A stretch of 64,000 bases of DNA from an uncultured Chloroflexia bacterium (GTDB lineage Bacteria > Chloroflexota > Limnocylindria > Limnocylindrales > CSP1-4), in NCBI GenBank assembly GCA_963734995.1, contig CAVTJD010000004.1:23910-87909 (forward strand). Direction: 5' to 3'. The translations under genes were made by a program, and so were the position numbers. How positions within the stretch are numbered: the first letter of the stretch is position 1; each line of letters begins with the position of its first letter. Positions 31,467 to 41,456 of the stretch are shown piece by piece. The notes under the pieces are model-generated. The model saw only the letters and a list, made by a program, of their open reading frames with translations. It was not told where the DNA came from and ran no database searches.

Positions 31467-32033
31467 GTGAGCCGGATCGTCGATCGCGGCGCGATCACCG
31501 CGAGCTGGGTGGGCGTGGGCATGGCGGTCACGGTCGGGATCAGCTTCCTGCTGGTCATCCCGATCGAGTTCCTGATCGTGCCCTTCGCCCTGCTGGGTGG
31601 CCTGCTGATCGGCTACTACGCGAACGCCCGGTCAGAGCGGGCAGGCGGCCCCTGGTCGCGCATCCTGGCCAACGCCCTGCTGGCGGGTCTCGTGACCGGC
31701 ATCACGTTCGCGGTCCTGCTCCTGGGCATCAAGGCGCTGTTCTTCGCTGCGGACAACGGCTACCGGGATGCGGCCTCCGGTGGGCCGCTGACCTGTCAGA
31801 CAGGCGCCGACTGCGTGTATCGCCGGTACCTCGACATCGGACGTGGGCCGGCATTCGAGCAGGCCGGCATCACCGATGTCGCCTCGTTCACGAGCTTCTA
31901 CTGGCAGGAGCAGCTGAGCAACGCCGGCCTGCTGGTCGTGCTCTCGACCGGTGGGGCGGTTGTTGGCGGTCTCATGTTCGGCGTCGCCAACCGTCGCCCC
32001 GATCCGCGATCTACGTTCGCTTCGGGCGCCTGA
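31467..32033 (+). CDS. hypothetical membrane protein
   Basis: Three to four hydrophobic helices; no motif recognised. Confidence 0.45.
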   Translation: MSRIVDRGAITASWVGVGMAVTVGISFLLVIPIEFLIVPFALLGGLLIGYYANARSERAGGPWSRILANALLAGLVTGITFAVLLLGIKALFFAADNGYRDAASGGPLTCQTGADCVYRRYLDIGRGPAFEQAGITDVASFTSFYWQEQLSNAGLLVVLSTGGAVVGGLMFGVANRRPDPRSTFASGA

Positions 32034-32057
32034 GCCGGAGCACTCGCGGAATCGAAA

Positions 32058-32082
32058 GCGCCCCGGTCGTCGACCGGGGCGC
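32058..32082. terminator. bidirectional hairpin terminator between convergent membrane-protein gene and rpsT
   Basis: GCGCCCCGG-TCGTCGA-CCGGGGCGC 9-bp GC stem. Confidence 0.5.
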
Positions 32083-32109
32083 GCTGACGTCCAGGAACCA
32101 GGCGGCGAG

Positions 32110-32892
32110 CTAGTCGGCCTTCTCGGTCTTCTTGGCACGGGGCTTCGCCGCCGGCTTGTCGGCCGCGGCCTTGGCCGTGCCCTTGGCCGCGGTGGTCTTG
32201 GCCGTGCCCTTGGCTGCGGCGGTCTTGGCCGTGCCCTTGGCGGCAGTCGCCTTGGCCGTGCCCTTGGCGGCAGTCGCCTTGGGAGCCGTGGCCTTGGCGG
32301 CCTTGGCCGTGCCCTTGGCAGCGGTGGCCGACTTGGGCGCGCTGGTCCTGGCGCTCGAAGCCTTGGACGCGGTCCGCGGCGTCTTCGTCGCCGGGGCGAC
32401 CGCCTCATCCGTCGCGGCGGTCGGTGCGGATTCGGCACGCGTCGTCTTGGACAACGCGGCGCGAGCCTTGCCGGCGGCGGTCTGTGCGCCCTTGGCCTTG
32501 GCGGCCTTGCCGGCCGCGATGCGCGCTTTGGCGGCCTTCACCGCGGCGGCCTTGCCCGTGGTCTTGGCCACGTGGCTCGACGCAACGACGTGAGAGCCAC
32601 CGAGCGCCGCGTTGACCTTGCGGGTGAGCCGCGACTTCCGCCGCGCGGCGGCGTTGGGATGGATCGCTCCGGCCTTGGCGGCACGATCGAGGGCCGAGAT
32701 GGCCTCGTTGAGCGAGGCCGCGACATCGGCGCCTTCGGGCTGCGTGGTCGCGACCGATACGGCCTTGGCAACGAGCGTCTTCGCCGCCGACCGCCGGGGC
32801 TGCAGGATCGCGTGCCGGCGCTCAGCTCGGCGGACGCGCTTCAGCCCGGACGGGGTGCGAGCGCCCTGCCATTTCCTGGGCGTTCTGGCCAA
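32110..32892 (-). CDS. rpsT: 30S ribosomal protein S20 fused to about 160-aa Ala/Lys/Thr-rich histone-H1-like C-terminal tail
   Basis: S20 core RVRRAERRHAILQPRRSAAKTLVAKAV...EAISALDRAAKAGAIHPNAAARRKSRLTRKVNAAL; tail of AAKGTAK repeats. Confidence 0.7.
   Translation of the reverse strand: MARTPRKWQGARTPSGLKRVRRAERRHAILQPRRSAAKTLVAKAVSVATTQPEGADVAASLNEAISALDRAAKAGAIHPNAAARRKSRLTRKVNAALGGSHVVASSHVAKTTGKAAAVKAAKARIAAGKAAKAKGAQTAAGKARAALSKTTRAESAPTAATDEAVAPATKTPRTASKASSARTSAPKSATAAKGTAKAAKATAPKATAAKGTAKATAAKGTAKTAAAKGTAKTTAAKGTAKAAADKPAAKPRAKKTEKAD
32150..32340. repeat. tandem 27-bp DNA repeats (about 6 copies) encoding AAKGTAKxx units of rpsT tail
   Basis: gcggtggtcttggccgtgcccttggcc and variants reiterated on plus strand. 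Confidence 0.6.
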
Positions 32893-33044
32893 GGTGCTTG
32901 GTCTCCGTTCCGTGTGTGCGGGTGGTGGGCAGCCTGACGGGCGGACGGGCCCGTGGCGCGACCGCGAATGGTAGCAGGTGCCCTGGGAACGGACCAGCGG
33001 GGGCGCAAATCGATGGCTTGCTCCTTGCCTGCCATACTCGCCGC

Positions 33045-33575
33045 ATGCCCGATCAGCCGTCAGTCGCCCACTGGTTCCCTGACTGGCAGCAATATGCGGC
33101 CCGGATCACCCTCGCGATCTGCGACCTGGATCCAGTGGCGCTCGCCCTGCGCGCATCCCCCGAGCAGCTGCCGATCTGGGCTCTCGTGGCGCACACGGCC
33201 GGGGCTCGCCTGTACTGGCTGTGCGGCGTGTGTGGTGAGGAGAACAGCGCACCGGAGCCGATGCGTGGCATGGCGTCCGGGTTCGGCTGGGAGGATCAGC
33301 CGGACCATCCACGGACCGCCGCCGAGCTCGTGGACCTGCTCGACGCCTCGTGGGCGATCGTCGAGCGAACCCTCGCGCGCTGGACGCCGGCGATGATGGC
33401 CGACCAGATCGAACGACGATCGATGAGTGGTGCCGTGGAGCATCACACGCGGATCTCGATCCTCAACCGCATGTTCAGCCATGACGCGTACCACGCCGGC
33501 GAGACCTCGCAGCTGCTCGGCGGTGCCCACCGTACCCAGATCGATCTGTGGGCCCAGGAGCCCGCCCGGGGCTGA
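33045..33575 (+). CDS. DinB_2 (DinB/YfiT-like, DUF664) family metal-dependent protein
   Basis: Four-helix bundle family motif HDAYHAGETSQLL near C-terminus; upstream in-frame extension is low-complexity so ATG at 33045 chosen. Confidence 0.55.
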   Translation: MPDQPSVAHWFPDWQQYAARITLAICDLDPVALALRASPEQLPIWALVAHTAGARLYWLCGVCGEENSAPEPMRGMASGFGWEDQPDHPRTAAELVDLLDASWAIVERTLARWTPAMMADQIERRSMSGAVEHHTRISILNRMFSHDAYHAGETSQLLGGAHRTQIDLWAQEPARG

Positions 33576-33654
33576 AGGCCGCGGCGCCGGGGAGGCAGCC
33601 CTCAAGCCGGCGGGGTCGGTGGCCCGGCCCGGGATCGGTCCGCCAGTTCTATAT

Positions 33655-35313
33655 CTAGCCGGCGCGGCGGCGATCGGAACGGTAGCGGCGGATGAGGGCG
33701 TTGGTCGAGCTGTCGTGCGCGTCCTCGGCCGGAGCCTCGGTGCCGGCCAGCTCGCCCGCGATCCGCGTCGCGAGCACCTTGCCCAGCTCGACCCCCCACT
33801 GGTCGAACGAGTCGATCCCCCAGATCGTTCCCTGGACGAACACCTTGTGCTCGTAGAGCGCGACGAGCGAGCCGAGCGCGCGCGGAGTGAGCCGATCGAG
33901 GAGCAGCACTGACGTCGGCCGGTTGCCCTCGAACACCCGGGCGGCGACCTGGTGCGCCGGCACCCCGGCCGCTACGACCTCCTCGCGCGTCTTGCCGAAC
34001 GCGAATGCCTCCGCCTGCGCGAACAGGTTGGCCATCAGCAGGTCGTGGTGGTCACCGATCTCGGTCGTCGGGTTGACGAAGCCGATCAGATCCGCGGGCA
34101 CGATCCGGGTGCCCTGGTGGAGGAGCTGGTAGTAGGCGTGCTGGCCGTTGGTCCCGGCGGTACCCCATTCGATCGCGCCCGTGCCGTACGTCACCCGTTC
34201 GCCATCGAGACGCACCGACTTTCCGTTCGACTCCATGTCCAGCTGCTGCAGGTAGGCCGGGAACCGGGACAGCTCCTGGCTGTAGGGCAGGACGGCGTGG
34301 GTGTCGAACCCGAGGAAGTTGCCGTTCCAGATGCCGATCAGGCCCATCAGCACCGGCAGGTTCCGTTCGGGCGGCGCCATCAGGAAGTGCTCGTCCATCG
34401 CGCGGAAGCCGCTCAGCATCGCGCGGAAGTCGTCGGGCCCGATCGCGATCATCAGCGACAGGCCGATCGCCGAGTCCATCGAATAGCGCCCGCCGACCCA
34501 GTCCCAGAACCCGAACATGTTGGCGGTGTCGATGCCGAACTCCGCCACCTTCTCGGCGTTCGTGGACACGGCCACGAAATGGTGCGCAACGGCAGCCGGG
34601 TCGGCCAGCGTGGCGAGCAGCCAGTCACGTGCGGTGCGGGCGTTGGTCAGCGTCTCCAGCGTCGTGAACGTCTTGGAGCTCACGATGAACAGCGTCTCGG
34701 CGGGATCGAGGCCGCGGGTGGCTTCCCGGATGTCGGTGCCGTCCACGTTGGACACGAACCGGTATGTCCGCGACCGGTCCGAGTAGTGCTCCAGCGCCTC
34801 GGTCGCCATGGCCGGACCGAGATCGGAGCCGCCGATACCGATGTTGATCACGTTCCGGATCGGCTTGCCCGTGTGTCCCGTCCAATCGCCGCTGCGGACC
34901 CGGAGCGCGAACGCGGCCATGCGGTCAAGGACCGCATGGACATCCCCCACGACGTCGTGCCCGTCGACCATGAGGCTCGCCCCGGCCGCGGCGCGGAGCG
35001 CCGTGTGTAGCACCGCCCGGTCCTCGGTGACGTTGATGCGCTCGCCCGCGAACATCGCCGCGCGCCGTTCCTCGACGCCGGCAGCCAGGGCCAGGGCGAG
35101 CAGCTTGGTCACCGTCTCGTCGGTGATCCGCTGCTTCGAGTAGTCGAGATAGACACCGGCACCGTCGGCTGCCAGGCGTTCCGCGCGGCCCGGATCCTGT
35201 GCGAACAGATCGCGAAGGTGGCTGTGGCGGATGGCGTCGGCGTGGTCCGCAAGGGCCCGCCACTCTGGTGTCCGGTCGATCGATGATTCGGGGGTTGATC
35301 CGTGTCCAGTCAT
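33655..35313 (-). CDS. pgi: glucose-6-phosphate isomerase
   Basis: PGI family: N-terminus [27 protein letters not shown]; active-site region [15 protein letters not shown]; C-terminal QWGVELGK; start at 35313 (in-frame upstream extension is repeat-derived). Confidence 0.9.
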   Translation of the reverse strand: MTGHGSTPESSIDRTPEWRALADHADAIRHSHLRDLFAQDPGRAERLAADGAGVYLDYSKQRITDETVTKLLALALAAGVEERRAAMFAGERINVTEDRAVLHTALRAAAGASLMVDGHDVVGDVHAVLDRMAAFALRVRSGDWTGHTGKPIRNVINIGIGGSDLGPAMATEALEHYSDRSRTYRFVSNVDGTDIREATRGLDPAETLFIVSSKTFTTLETLTNARTARDWLLATLADPAAVAHHFVAVSTNAEKVAEFGIDTANMFGFWDWVGGRYSMDSAIGLSLMIAIGPDDFRAMLSGFRAMDEHFLMAPPERNLPVLMGLIGIWNGNFLGFDTHAVLPYSQELSRFPAYLQQLDMESNGKSVRLDGERVTYGTGAIEWGTAGTNGQHAYYQLLHQGTRIVPADLIGFVNPTTEIGDHHDLLMANLFAQAEAFAFGKTREEVVAAGVPAHQVAARVFEGNRPTSVLLLDRLTPRALGSLVALYEHKVFVQGTIWGIDSFDQWGVELGKVLATRIAGELAGTEAPAEDAHDSSTNALIRRYRSDRRRAG

Positions 35314-35346
35314 GACGCTCGCAGCGTATACCCGGGGCTCGCCGGC

Positions 35347-35400
35347 GGTGGCGGCCTCGTCAGCGGTGGCGGCCTCGTCAGCGGTGGCGGCCTCGTCAAC
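35347..35400. repeat. 3 x 18-bp perfect tandem repeat (GGTGGCGGCCTCGTCAGC) in can-pgi intergenic region
   Basis: Directly visible triplicated 18-mer; generates the spurious DEAATA x3 N-terminal extension of the pgi ORF. Confidence 0.8.
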
Positions 35401-36043
35401 GGTCCGCCGCGGCGACCCACCCATCGGCAGCCCGCAGATAGAGCTCGCCGGAGCCGATGTCGAACCAGGCGCCGCGGATGAACAGGTTCGCGTCCAGCTC
35501 ACGTGAGCGGATCCAGGGGAACGTCCGCAGGTTGTCCATGGAGCGCTCGACCGAGCGCAGCTCGAGCCGGTGCTGGCGGTCCGCCGGGCGAATGGCGTCG
35601 TCCGCGCTGACCTCGCGGGCGAGGTCGCGCAGGGTCGCGACCCAGGTACCGACAAAGTCGCTGGGGGTCAGCGGATCCGGCTCCTCGAGGGCAGCCGCGA
35701 CGCCGCCGCAGCGGCCGTGGCCCATGACGACGATCTCGTGCACGTCCAGCGCCATGATCGCGTACTCGAGCGCTGCGCTGACGCCGTGGCGATGGGGATC
35801 GGGCTCGTAGGCAGGGACGAGCGCGGCGACGTTGCGTACGACGAACAGCTCGCCCGGCCCGGCGTCGAACACGGTCTCGGGGGCGGTCCGGGAGTCGGAG
35901 CAGGCGATCACAACGGTCGACGGTCGCTGACCCTGCTCCGCAAGCTGCCGGTAGCGTGCCTGCTCGGCAGCGAAGCGGGTCGCACGGAACCGTTGATAGC
36001 CGTCGACGAGCGGCTGGGGGAGATCGTGCTCGGGAGTGGTCAT
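35396..36043 (-). CDS. beta-class carbonic anhydrase
   Basis: Beta-CA zinc ligand motifs CSDSR and HGRCGGV. Confidence 0.85.
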   Translation of the reverse strand: MTTPEHDLPQPLVDGYQRFRATRFAAEQARYRQLAEQGQRPSTVVIACSDSRTAPETVFDAGPGELFVVRNVAALVPAYEPDPHRHGVSAALEYAIMALDVHEIVVMGHGRCGGVAAALEEPDPLTPSDFVGTWVATLRDLAREVSADDAIRPADRQHRLELRSVERSMDNLRTFPWIRSRELDANLFIRGAWFDIGSGELYLRAADGWVAAADR

Positions 36044-36117
36044 GGCGCTCGATGGTAGCCGCCCTCCGGCGACGCCCGCCCTCACCCCACAGGCGGGTGC
36101 CGCTACACTCCCGCCTC

Positions 36118-37929
36118 GTGACCATCCCCCAGGACCGGCTGCGCAACTTCTCGATCATCGCGCACATCGACCATGGCAAGTCGACGCTCGCGGACCGCCT
36201 GCTGGAGCTGACCCACACGATCGAGGGCCGGCAGATGATGAGCCAGGTCCTCAATTCGATGGACCTCGAGCGCGAGAAGGGGATCACGATCAAGGCCCGT
36301 GCGGTACGCCTCGTGTACACCGCGAACGACGGGCTCGAGTACGGGCTGGACCTGATCGACACCCCCGGGCACGTCGATTTCAGCTACGAGGTGAGCCGCA
36401 GCCTCCAGGCGTGCGAGGGCGCCATCCTCGTCGTGGATGCCGCGCAGGGCATCGAGGCGCAGACGCTGGCCAACGTCCATCTCGCCCTGCGCGAGGGCCT
36501 CACGATCATTCCCGTGATCAACAAGATCGACCTGCCGTCCGCGCAGCCCGATGTGGTGATCGAGGAGCTCGAGAGCGTGCTCGCGATCCCGCGCGAGGAG
36601 GTCATCCTGGCCTCGGCCAAGGAGGGCACGGGCGTGCCGGAGATCCTGGAGGCGATCGTGACCCGGATCCCGCCCCCACGTGGCGACCCGGCGGCGCCGT
36701 TGCGGGCGCTGGTGTTCGACAGCCACTACGACCCGTACAAGGGTGTCGTGTGCTACGTGCGGCTTGCCGAGGGCACGCTCCACGACCATGACACGATCCG
36801 GCTGATGGCCAGCGGCGCGGAGACCGAGCTGCTGGAGCTGGGGGTGTTCCGGCCACAGCTGATGCCGGTCGGCCGGCTGGTCGCGGGCGAGGTGGGCTAC
36901 ATCGCCACCGGGCTCAAGAACGTGCGTGAGGCGCAGGTGGGCGACACGGTGACCGCGGTCGCTCGGCCGGCGACGAGCCCGCTGCCCGGCTACCAGGAGG
37001 CGAAGAGCCTGGTGTTCGCCGGCCTGTACCCGCTCAGCGGCCCCGACTACCCGCTGCTGCGCGATGCGCTCGAGAAGCTCCACCTCAACGACGCCTCGTT
37101 CACGTTCACGCCCGAGAGCTCGGTCGCGCTCGGATTCGGGTTCCGCTGCGGCTTCCTCGGGCTGCTCCACATGGAGATCGTCCAGGAGCGCCTGGAGCGC
37201 GAGTTCGACCTCGACCTGATCGCCAGCGCACCGTCGGTCGAGTACCGCGTCACGCTGACCAATGGGCGAGGCACGCTCACCGTCGACAACCCGGCTCGCT
37301 TTCCCGATGTGGGCGAGATCGAGTCGATCGAGGAGCCCTGGGTCAAGCTGGGCGTGGTGTCGCCCGATCGCTACATCGGCTCGCTGATGGAGCTGTCCAC
37401 CGGCCATCGCGGCACGTTCGAGAACCTCGAGTACCTCGATCCGCAGCGCGTGCACATGCATTTCGAGCTGCCGCTGGCGGAGCTGATCGTCGATTACTAC
37501 GACCAGCTCAAGAGCCGGACGCAGGGCTATGCCTCGATGGACTACGAGGAGGCGGGCTACCGGCCGGCGGACCTGGTCAAGCTCGACGTGCTGGTCGCCG
37601 GCGAGCCGGTCGACGCGCTGAGCCTGATCGTCCACCGGGACCGCGCCCAGACGACGGGCCGCCAGCTGACCGAGAAGCTGCGCCAGCTGATCCCGCGCCA
37701 GATGTTCGAGGTCCCCCTGCAGGCGGCCATCGGCAGCCACGTCGTCGCTCGCGAGACCATCCGCGCGATGCGAAAGAACGTGCTCGCGAAGTGCTACGGT
37801 GGCGACATCACCCGCAAGCGCAAGCTGCTCGAGAAGCAGAAGGAGGGCAAGCAGCGGATGAAGCGCGTCGGCTCGGTGGAGATCCCGCAGGAGGCGTTCC
37901 TTGCCATCCTGCGGGTGGGCGAGGGCTGA
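36118..37929 (+). CDS. lepA: elongation factor 4 (LepA)
   Basis: [22 protein letters not shown] GTPase G1; LepA-specific C-terminal domain; GTG start. Confidence 0.9.
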   Translation: MTIPQDRLRNFSIIAHIDHGKSTLADRLLELTHTIEGRQMMSQVLNSMDLEREKGITIKARAVRLVYTANDGLEYGLDLIDTPGHVDFSYEVSRSLQACEGAILVVDAAQGIEAQTLANVHLALREGLTIIPVINKIDLPSAQPDVVIEELESVLAIPREEVILASAKEGTGVPEILEAIVTRIPPPRGDPAAPLRALVFDSHYDPYKGVVCYVRLAEGTLHDHDTIRLMASGAETELLELGVFRPQLMPVGRLVAGEVGYIATGLKNVREAQVGDTVTAVARPATSPLPGYQEAKSLVFAGLYPLSGPDYPLLRDALEKLHLNDASFTFTPESSVALGFGFRCGFLGLLHMEIVQERLEREFDLDLIASAPSVEYRVTLTNGRGTLTVDNPARFPDVGEIESIEEPWVKLGVVSPDRYIGSLMELSTGHRGTFENLEYLDPQRVHMHFELPLAELIVDYYDQLKSRTQGYASMDYEEAGYRPADLVKLDVLVAGEPVDALSLIVHRDRAQTTGRQLTEKLRQLIPRQMFEVPLQAAIGSHVVARETIRAMRKNVLAKCYGGDITRKRKLLEKQKEGKQRMKRVGSVEIPQEAFLAILRVGEG

Positions 37930-37985
37930 TGCCCTCACGCGCGGCCCGCCCCACGACCGGCCACCCCGAGCCCTGACGGTCCGCG

Positions 37986-38786
37986 ATGCCCCACGTCGAC
38001 CTGTCCGACCTGCCCGGGATCAGCGACATCCCTGACCCGCTGCGGATCCTGATCGTGCTCGGCCTCGCCGGGTTGCTGGTGATCCTGCGCCTCGACGCGG
38101 AGCGGTTCAGCGCGGCCGAGTACGACGACGTCGACCGATGGGGCAACCAGCCATCGCTGCTGCGCAGGCTTGCCTGGTACACGCTCGGCATCGGCGGGAT
38201 CCTGGTCGTGCTGACCATCCACCCGCGGCCCGCGACGGATCTGTTCCTGGGGCTGGGCGACCGGCTGGGCGCGGTGATCCTGGGCCTGGCGTATGGCGCG
38301 CTCGGGACGACGATCGCGCTCGCGATCGCGTTCCTCCGCTACCACCACCTGCGCCTGCCGTCGCCGCTCGCCTATCCGGGGGCGGTGATCAACGCGATCG
38401 CCACTGCGTTCATCGACGAGGCGGTGTTCCGCGGCGTCGTGTTCGGGTTCCTGCTGCTCACCGGTGTCGACCCCAACGTCGCGAACCTCACCCAGACCCT
38501 GCTGTACGGGCTGGCGACCCGGCTCGGTGCACCGGGCCGGCCGTGGTACATGCTGGCGACGGTGCTGGCGATCGGGTTCGCTAGCGGCTGGGTGACCGGC
38601 GTGACGGGCGGCATCGGGGCGGCGTTCCTGGGTCACGCGATCACTCGCGTGGCGATCTTCCTGACCACCGGTCATGCGGGCCTGCCGAAGGCGCGCGGCA
38701 CCGAGGTGGAGGAGGTCGAGCGGCGGCGGCGCACGCCCGAGGGCTGGCGGGTCCTCGGCCCGCGCGAGGCAACGCGGGACCACTGA
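37986..38786 (+). CDS. CPBP family intramembrane metalloprotease (CAAX protease/Abi family)
   Basis: Motifs EAVFRGVVFGFLL and FLGHAITRVAIF in polytopic membrane protein. Confidence 0.75.
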   Translation: MPHVDLSDLPGISDIPDPLRILIVLGLAGLLVILRLDAERFSAAEYDDVDRWGNQPSLLRRLAWYTLGIGGILVVLTIHPRPATDLFLGLGDRLGAVILGLAYGALGTTIALAIAFLRYHHLRLPSPLAYPGAVINAIATAFIDEAVFRGVVFGFLLLTGVDPNVANLTQTLLYGLATRLGAPGRPWYMLATVLAIGFASGWVTGVTGGIGAAFLGHAITRVAIFLTTGHAGLPKARGTEVEEVERRRRTPEGWRVLGPREATRDH

Positions 38787-38842
38787 CCACGGCCGGATCG
38801 CAGCCCGCCATCGGATCGCCACCCACGGCCGGATCGGGGCCA

Positions 38843-40115
38843 ATGAGCGAGCCGGACCCGAACGTCCGCCCGGGTCAGGCATCGCCACCCGTCGCGCTCT
38901 ACGTCCACGTCCCGTTCTGCGTGTCGCTGTGCCCGTATTGCGATTTCGTCGTGTACGCGGGTGCGGCCGCGCGTGGGCCGCGATCCCGCGTCGATCCGTT
39001 TCTGGCCGCGCTGCGTGCGGAGATCGAGCTCCGTGCCGATGCGCTCGACGGGCGCTTTCCAGCCGGCCGTCCACCCCTCGAGAGCGTGTACCTCGGCGGG
39101 GGCACGCCGACCCTGCTGCCGGCGACCGCCGTAGCGGGCCTCTTGGACCGGATCAGGGCGCGGTTCGGGATCGCCACCGGCGCCGAGGTCACGATCGAGG
39201 CCAACCCAGGCCGGGACGAGCGGGGTGACGCGCGGGCACTCGTCGCGGCCGGGGTGACCCGGGTCTCGCTGGGCGCGCAGTCGTTCGATGCGACGGAGCT
39301 GCGACGCCTGGGACGGCGGCACGCGGCGAGCGACGTGGCGACGGCGGTGGCCGACGCGCGTGCCGCCGGGATCGGGTCGATCTCGCTGGACGTGCTGTAC
39401 GACGTGCCCGGCCAGACGCTCGACGGCTGGTCGGCGACGCTCGACGCGGCCCTGGCGCTGGTTCCGGATCATGTGTCCGCATATGCGCTGACGCTCGATG
39501 ACCCGGACGCCGAGGGATTGACCGGTCTGCTGGGCGATCATCTGCCGACGCGCGCCGGAGTTCGCCGCTGGCGCGCGCAGGCGGCGCGCGAGCAGGACGA
39601 CGACCGGGCGGCCGATCAGTACGCGCTCGCGGTCGAGCGCCTCGGTGCGGCGGGCTACCGGGGCTACGAGATCTCCAACTGGGCGCGTCCCGGGCACGAG
39701 AGCCGGCACAACCTCGCGTACTGGCAGTCGCCGGGCATACGAGGCGGTGGGGCCTGGGGCGCACGCGTTCGACGGCACGACGCGGCGCTGGAATGCGGCA
39801 CGGCTCGACGGCTACGTGCGGTCGCTGGCGCCGGCGGACGGATCGGCCGCGCAACTGCCACCCGGCGGCTCGGAGGCGATCGATCCCGCGACATCGGCTG
39901 TCGAGGCGGCGATCCTGGCGCTTCGCCTGGACACGGGGCTGCTTCGCGCCGAGGCCGAATCCGGACCCTTCGGGCCACACCTCGCCTGGGCTCGGCAGGA
40001 GGGCCTGGTCGAGGAGATCACCGCCGGTGACGGGCCGGGAGGATCCGAGTCGCGGATCCGGCTGACGACGCGCGGCCGGCTCGTGTCCAACGAGCTGTTC
40101 GCAAGGCTCGTATAG
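38843..40115 (+). pseudogene. hemW: radical SAM heme chaperone HemW (HemN-like), interrupted by +1 frameshift near 39737
   Basis: CxxxCxxC VHVPFCVSLCPYCDF; frame 1 reads ...SRHNLAYWQSPG then degenerates, frame 3 (ORF 39645..40115) carries YEAVGPGAHAFDG...RWNAARLDGYVRSL...RLTTRGRLVSNELFARLV (HemW C-terminal domain); single extra base. Confidence 0.65.
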
Positions 40116-40259
40116 CGGGGTCGTGGGGCGGCCGGCGGGGTCGTCGAGCGGCAGCCCGGCCGGCAACGACGGCGACGGCTCCATCGGCTGCAGCGTCATC
40201 GCGCGCGGGTCGAGAATGGAGCTCGACATGGATGCTTCCGAAGTGGGCCTGCGAACGAC

Positions 40260-41312
40260 ATGAGCCGGGATCGCGCCGAACTGCTCGACGCGCTCGAGCG
40301 CCAGCCGCGGGTCGCCCTCGCCGCGCTGCCGACGCCGCTCGAGGAAGCGCCGCGCCTTCGCGACGCCCTCGGTGGTCCATCGCGCTGCCCGCGCATCCTC
40401 TGGAAGCGCGACGACTTGACGGGCCTCGCCGGCGGCGGCAACAAGGCGCGCAAGCTCGAGTACCTCGTCGCCGATGCGCTGCGCGCCGATGCCACGGTGC
40501 TGGTCACGACTGGCGGGTCCGGGTCGAACCACGCGCGCATGACCGCAGCCGCCGCACGCAGGGTGGGGCTCGGCGCAAGCCTGGTCCTGACCGCGACGGA
40601 GCCCGAGCCGGAGGTTCAGGGCAACCTGCTCCTCGACCGGCTGCTGGGCGCCGAGATCGCGTTCGTCCCGGCCGGCGACCCGGCGCTCGCCGTGGGTCCC
40701 GGCGAAGCAGCCAGGGTCGCAGAGGTCATCGCCGGGCTCGAGGCGCGGGGTGAGCGTCCGTATCTGATCCCGCTCGGCGGGTCGAGTCCCGTGGGCGCCC
40801 TCGGCTACATCTCGGCGACGCTGGAGCTCCTGGATCAGATCGACGCAGCCGGCGAGCGGCCCACCCGCCTGTACGTGGCCGCCGGCTCGCGTGGCACGGT
40901 GGCGGGGCTCGTCGCGGGGGCGCTGCTCGCCCACGCTCCGTATCGGGTGTACGGCGTGGCGGTGAGCGGAGGCGACCCGCAGAAGACGGCCCGCGCATCC
41001 GAGATCGCGCGCGAGGCGGCTGAGCGGATCGGCGTTCCGCTCGGCATCGACCCCCAGGACTTCGAGACCGACCACGCGCAGATCGGCCCCGGCTACGGTC
41101 TCGCGACCCCGGCCTGCCTGGAGGCGATCCGGCTCGCAGCACGGACCGAGGGCATCCTGATGGACCCGGTCTACACCGGGAAGGCGATGGCCGGCCTCAT
41201 CGCCGACATCAGGATGGGCAGGATTGCGCCGACCGAGACGGTCGTGTTCCTGCACACCGGCGGTCTGCCCGGGATCTTCGCGCATGCCGCGGATCTCGCC
41301 GAGATGGAGTGA
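40260..41312 (+). CDS. PLP-dependent D-cysteine desulfhydrase/ACC deaminase family protein
   Basis: LPTPLEEAPRL, GGGNKARKLEYLVADAL (PLP lysine motif), fold-type II. Confidence 0.8.
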   Translation: MSRDRAELLDALERQPRVALAALPTPLEEAPRLRDALGGPSRCPRILWKRDDLTGLAGGGNKARKLEYLVADALRADATVLVTTGGSGSNHARMTAAAARRVGLGASLVLTATEPEPEVQGNLLLDRLLGAEIAFVPAGDPALAVGPGEAARVAEVIAGLEARGERPYLIPLGGSSPVGALGYISATLELLDQIDAAGERPTRLYVAAGSRGTVAGLVAGALLAHAPYRVYGVAVSGGDPQKTARASEIAREAAERIGVPLGIDPQDFETDHAQIGPGYGLATPACLEAIRLAARTEGILMDPVYTGKAMAGLIADIRMGRIAPTETVVFLHTGGLPGIFAHAADLAEME

Positions 41313-41367
41313 TCCGTTCGGGCCCGCGCGAGTGAACGGTGGCGGCGACGATCGCCCCATGGTCGCG

Positions 41368-41397
41368 TTGACACCCTGAACGGGCGCCGGGTAGACT
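41368..41397 (+). promoter_or_regulatory. sigma-70-like promoter of hrcA operon (TTGACA-18-TAGACT)
   Basis: Canonical hexamers immediately upstream of CIRCE. Confidence 0.6.
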
Positions 41398-41410
41398 GTG
41401 CGTACCACCG

Positions 41411-41437
41411 TTAGCACTCTCATGGTGCGAGTGCTAA
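41411..41437 (+). promoter_or_regulatory. CIRCE element (HrcA operator) TTAGCACTC-N9-GAGTGCTAA
   Basis: Perfect match to CIRCE consensus, 20 nt upstream of hrcA start. Confidence 0.9.
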
Positions 41438-41456
41438 CCAACACAGGAGAGGCTAG

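Noticed and set aside
32132-32593. Ala/Leu-rich plus-strand ORF antisense to rpsT tail
   Set aside because: Produced by the same 27-bp tandem repeats read on the opposite strand.
33655-35655. Full 666-aa ORF as pgi
   Set aside because: The first 114 residues are repeat-encoded low-complexity (DEAATA x3) overlapping the carbonic anhydrase gene end. The PGI homology starts at the ATG at 35313.
36103-37938. 611-aa minus-strand ORF antisense to lepA (and similar antisense ORFs 27585..30005, 46938..49328, 29390..31558)
   Set aside because: Mirror frames of highly conserved housekeeping genes. High-GC artefacts.
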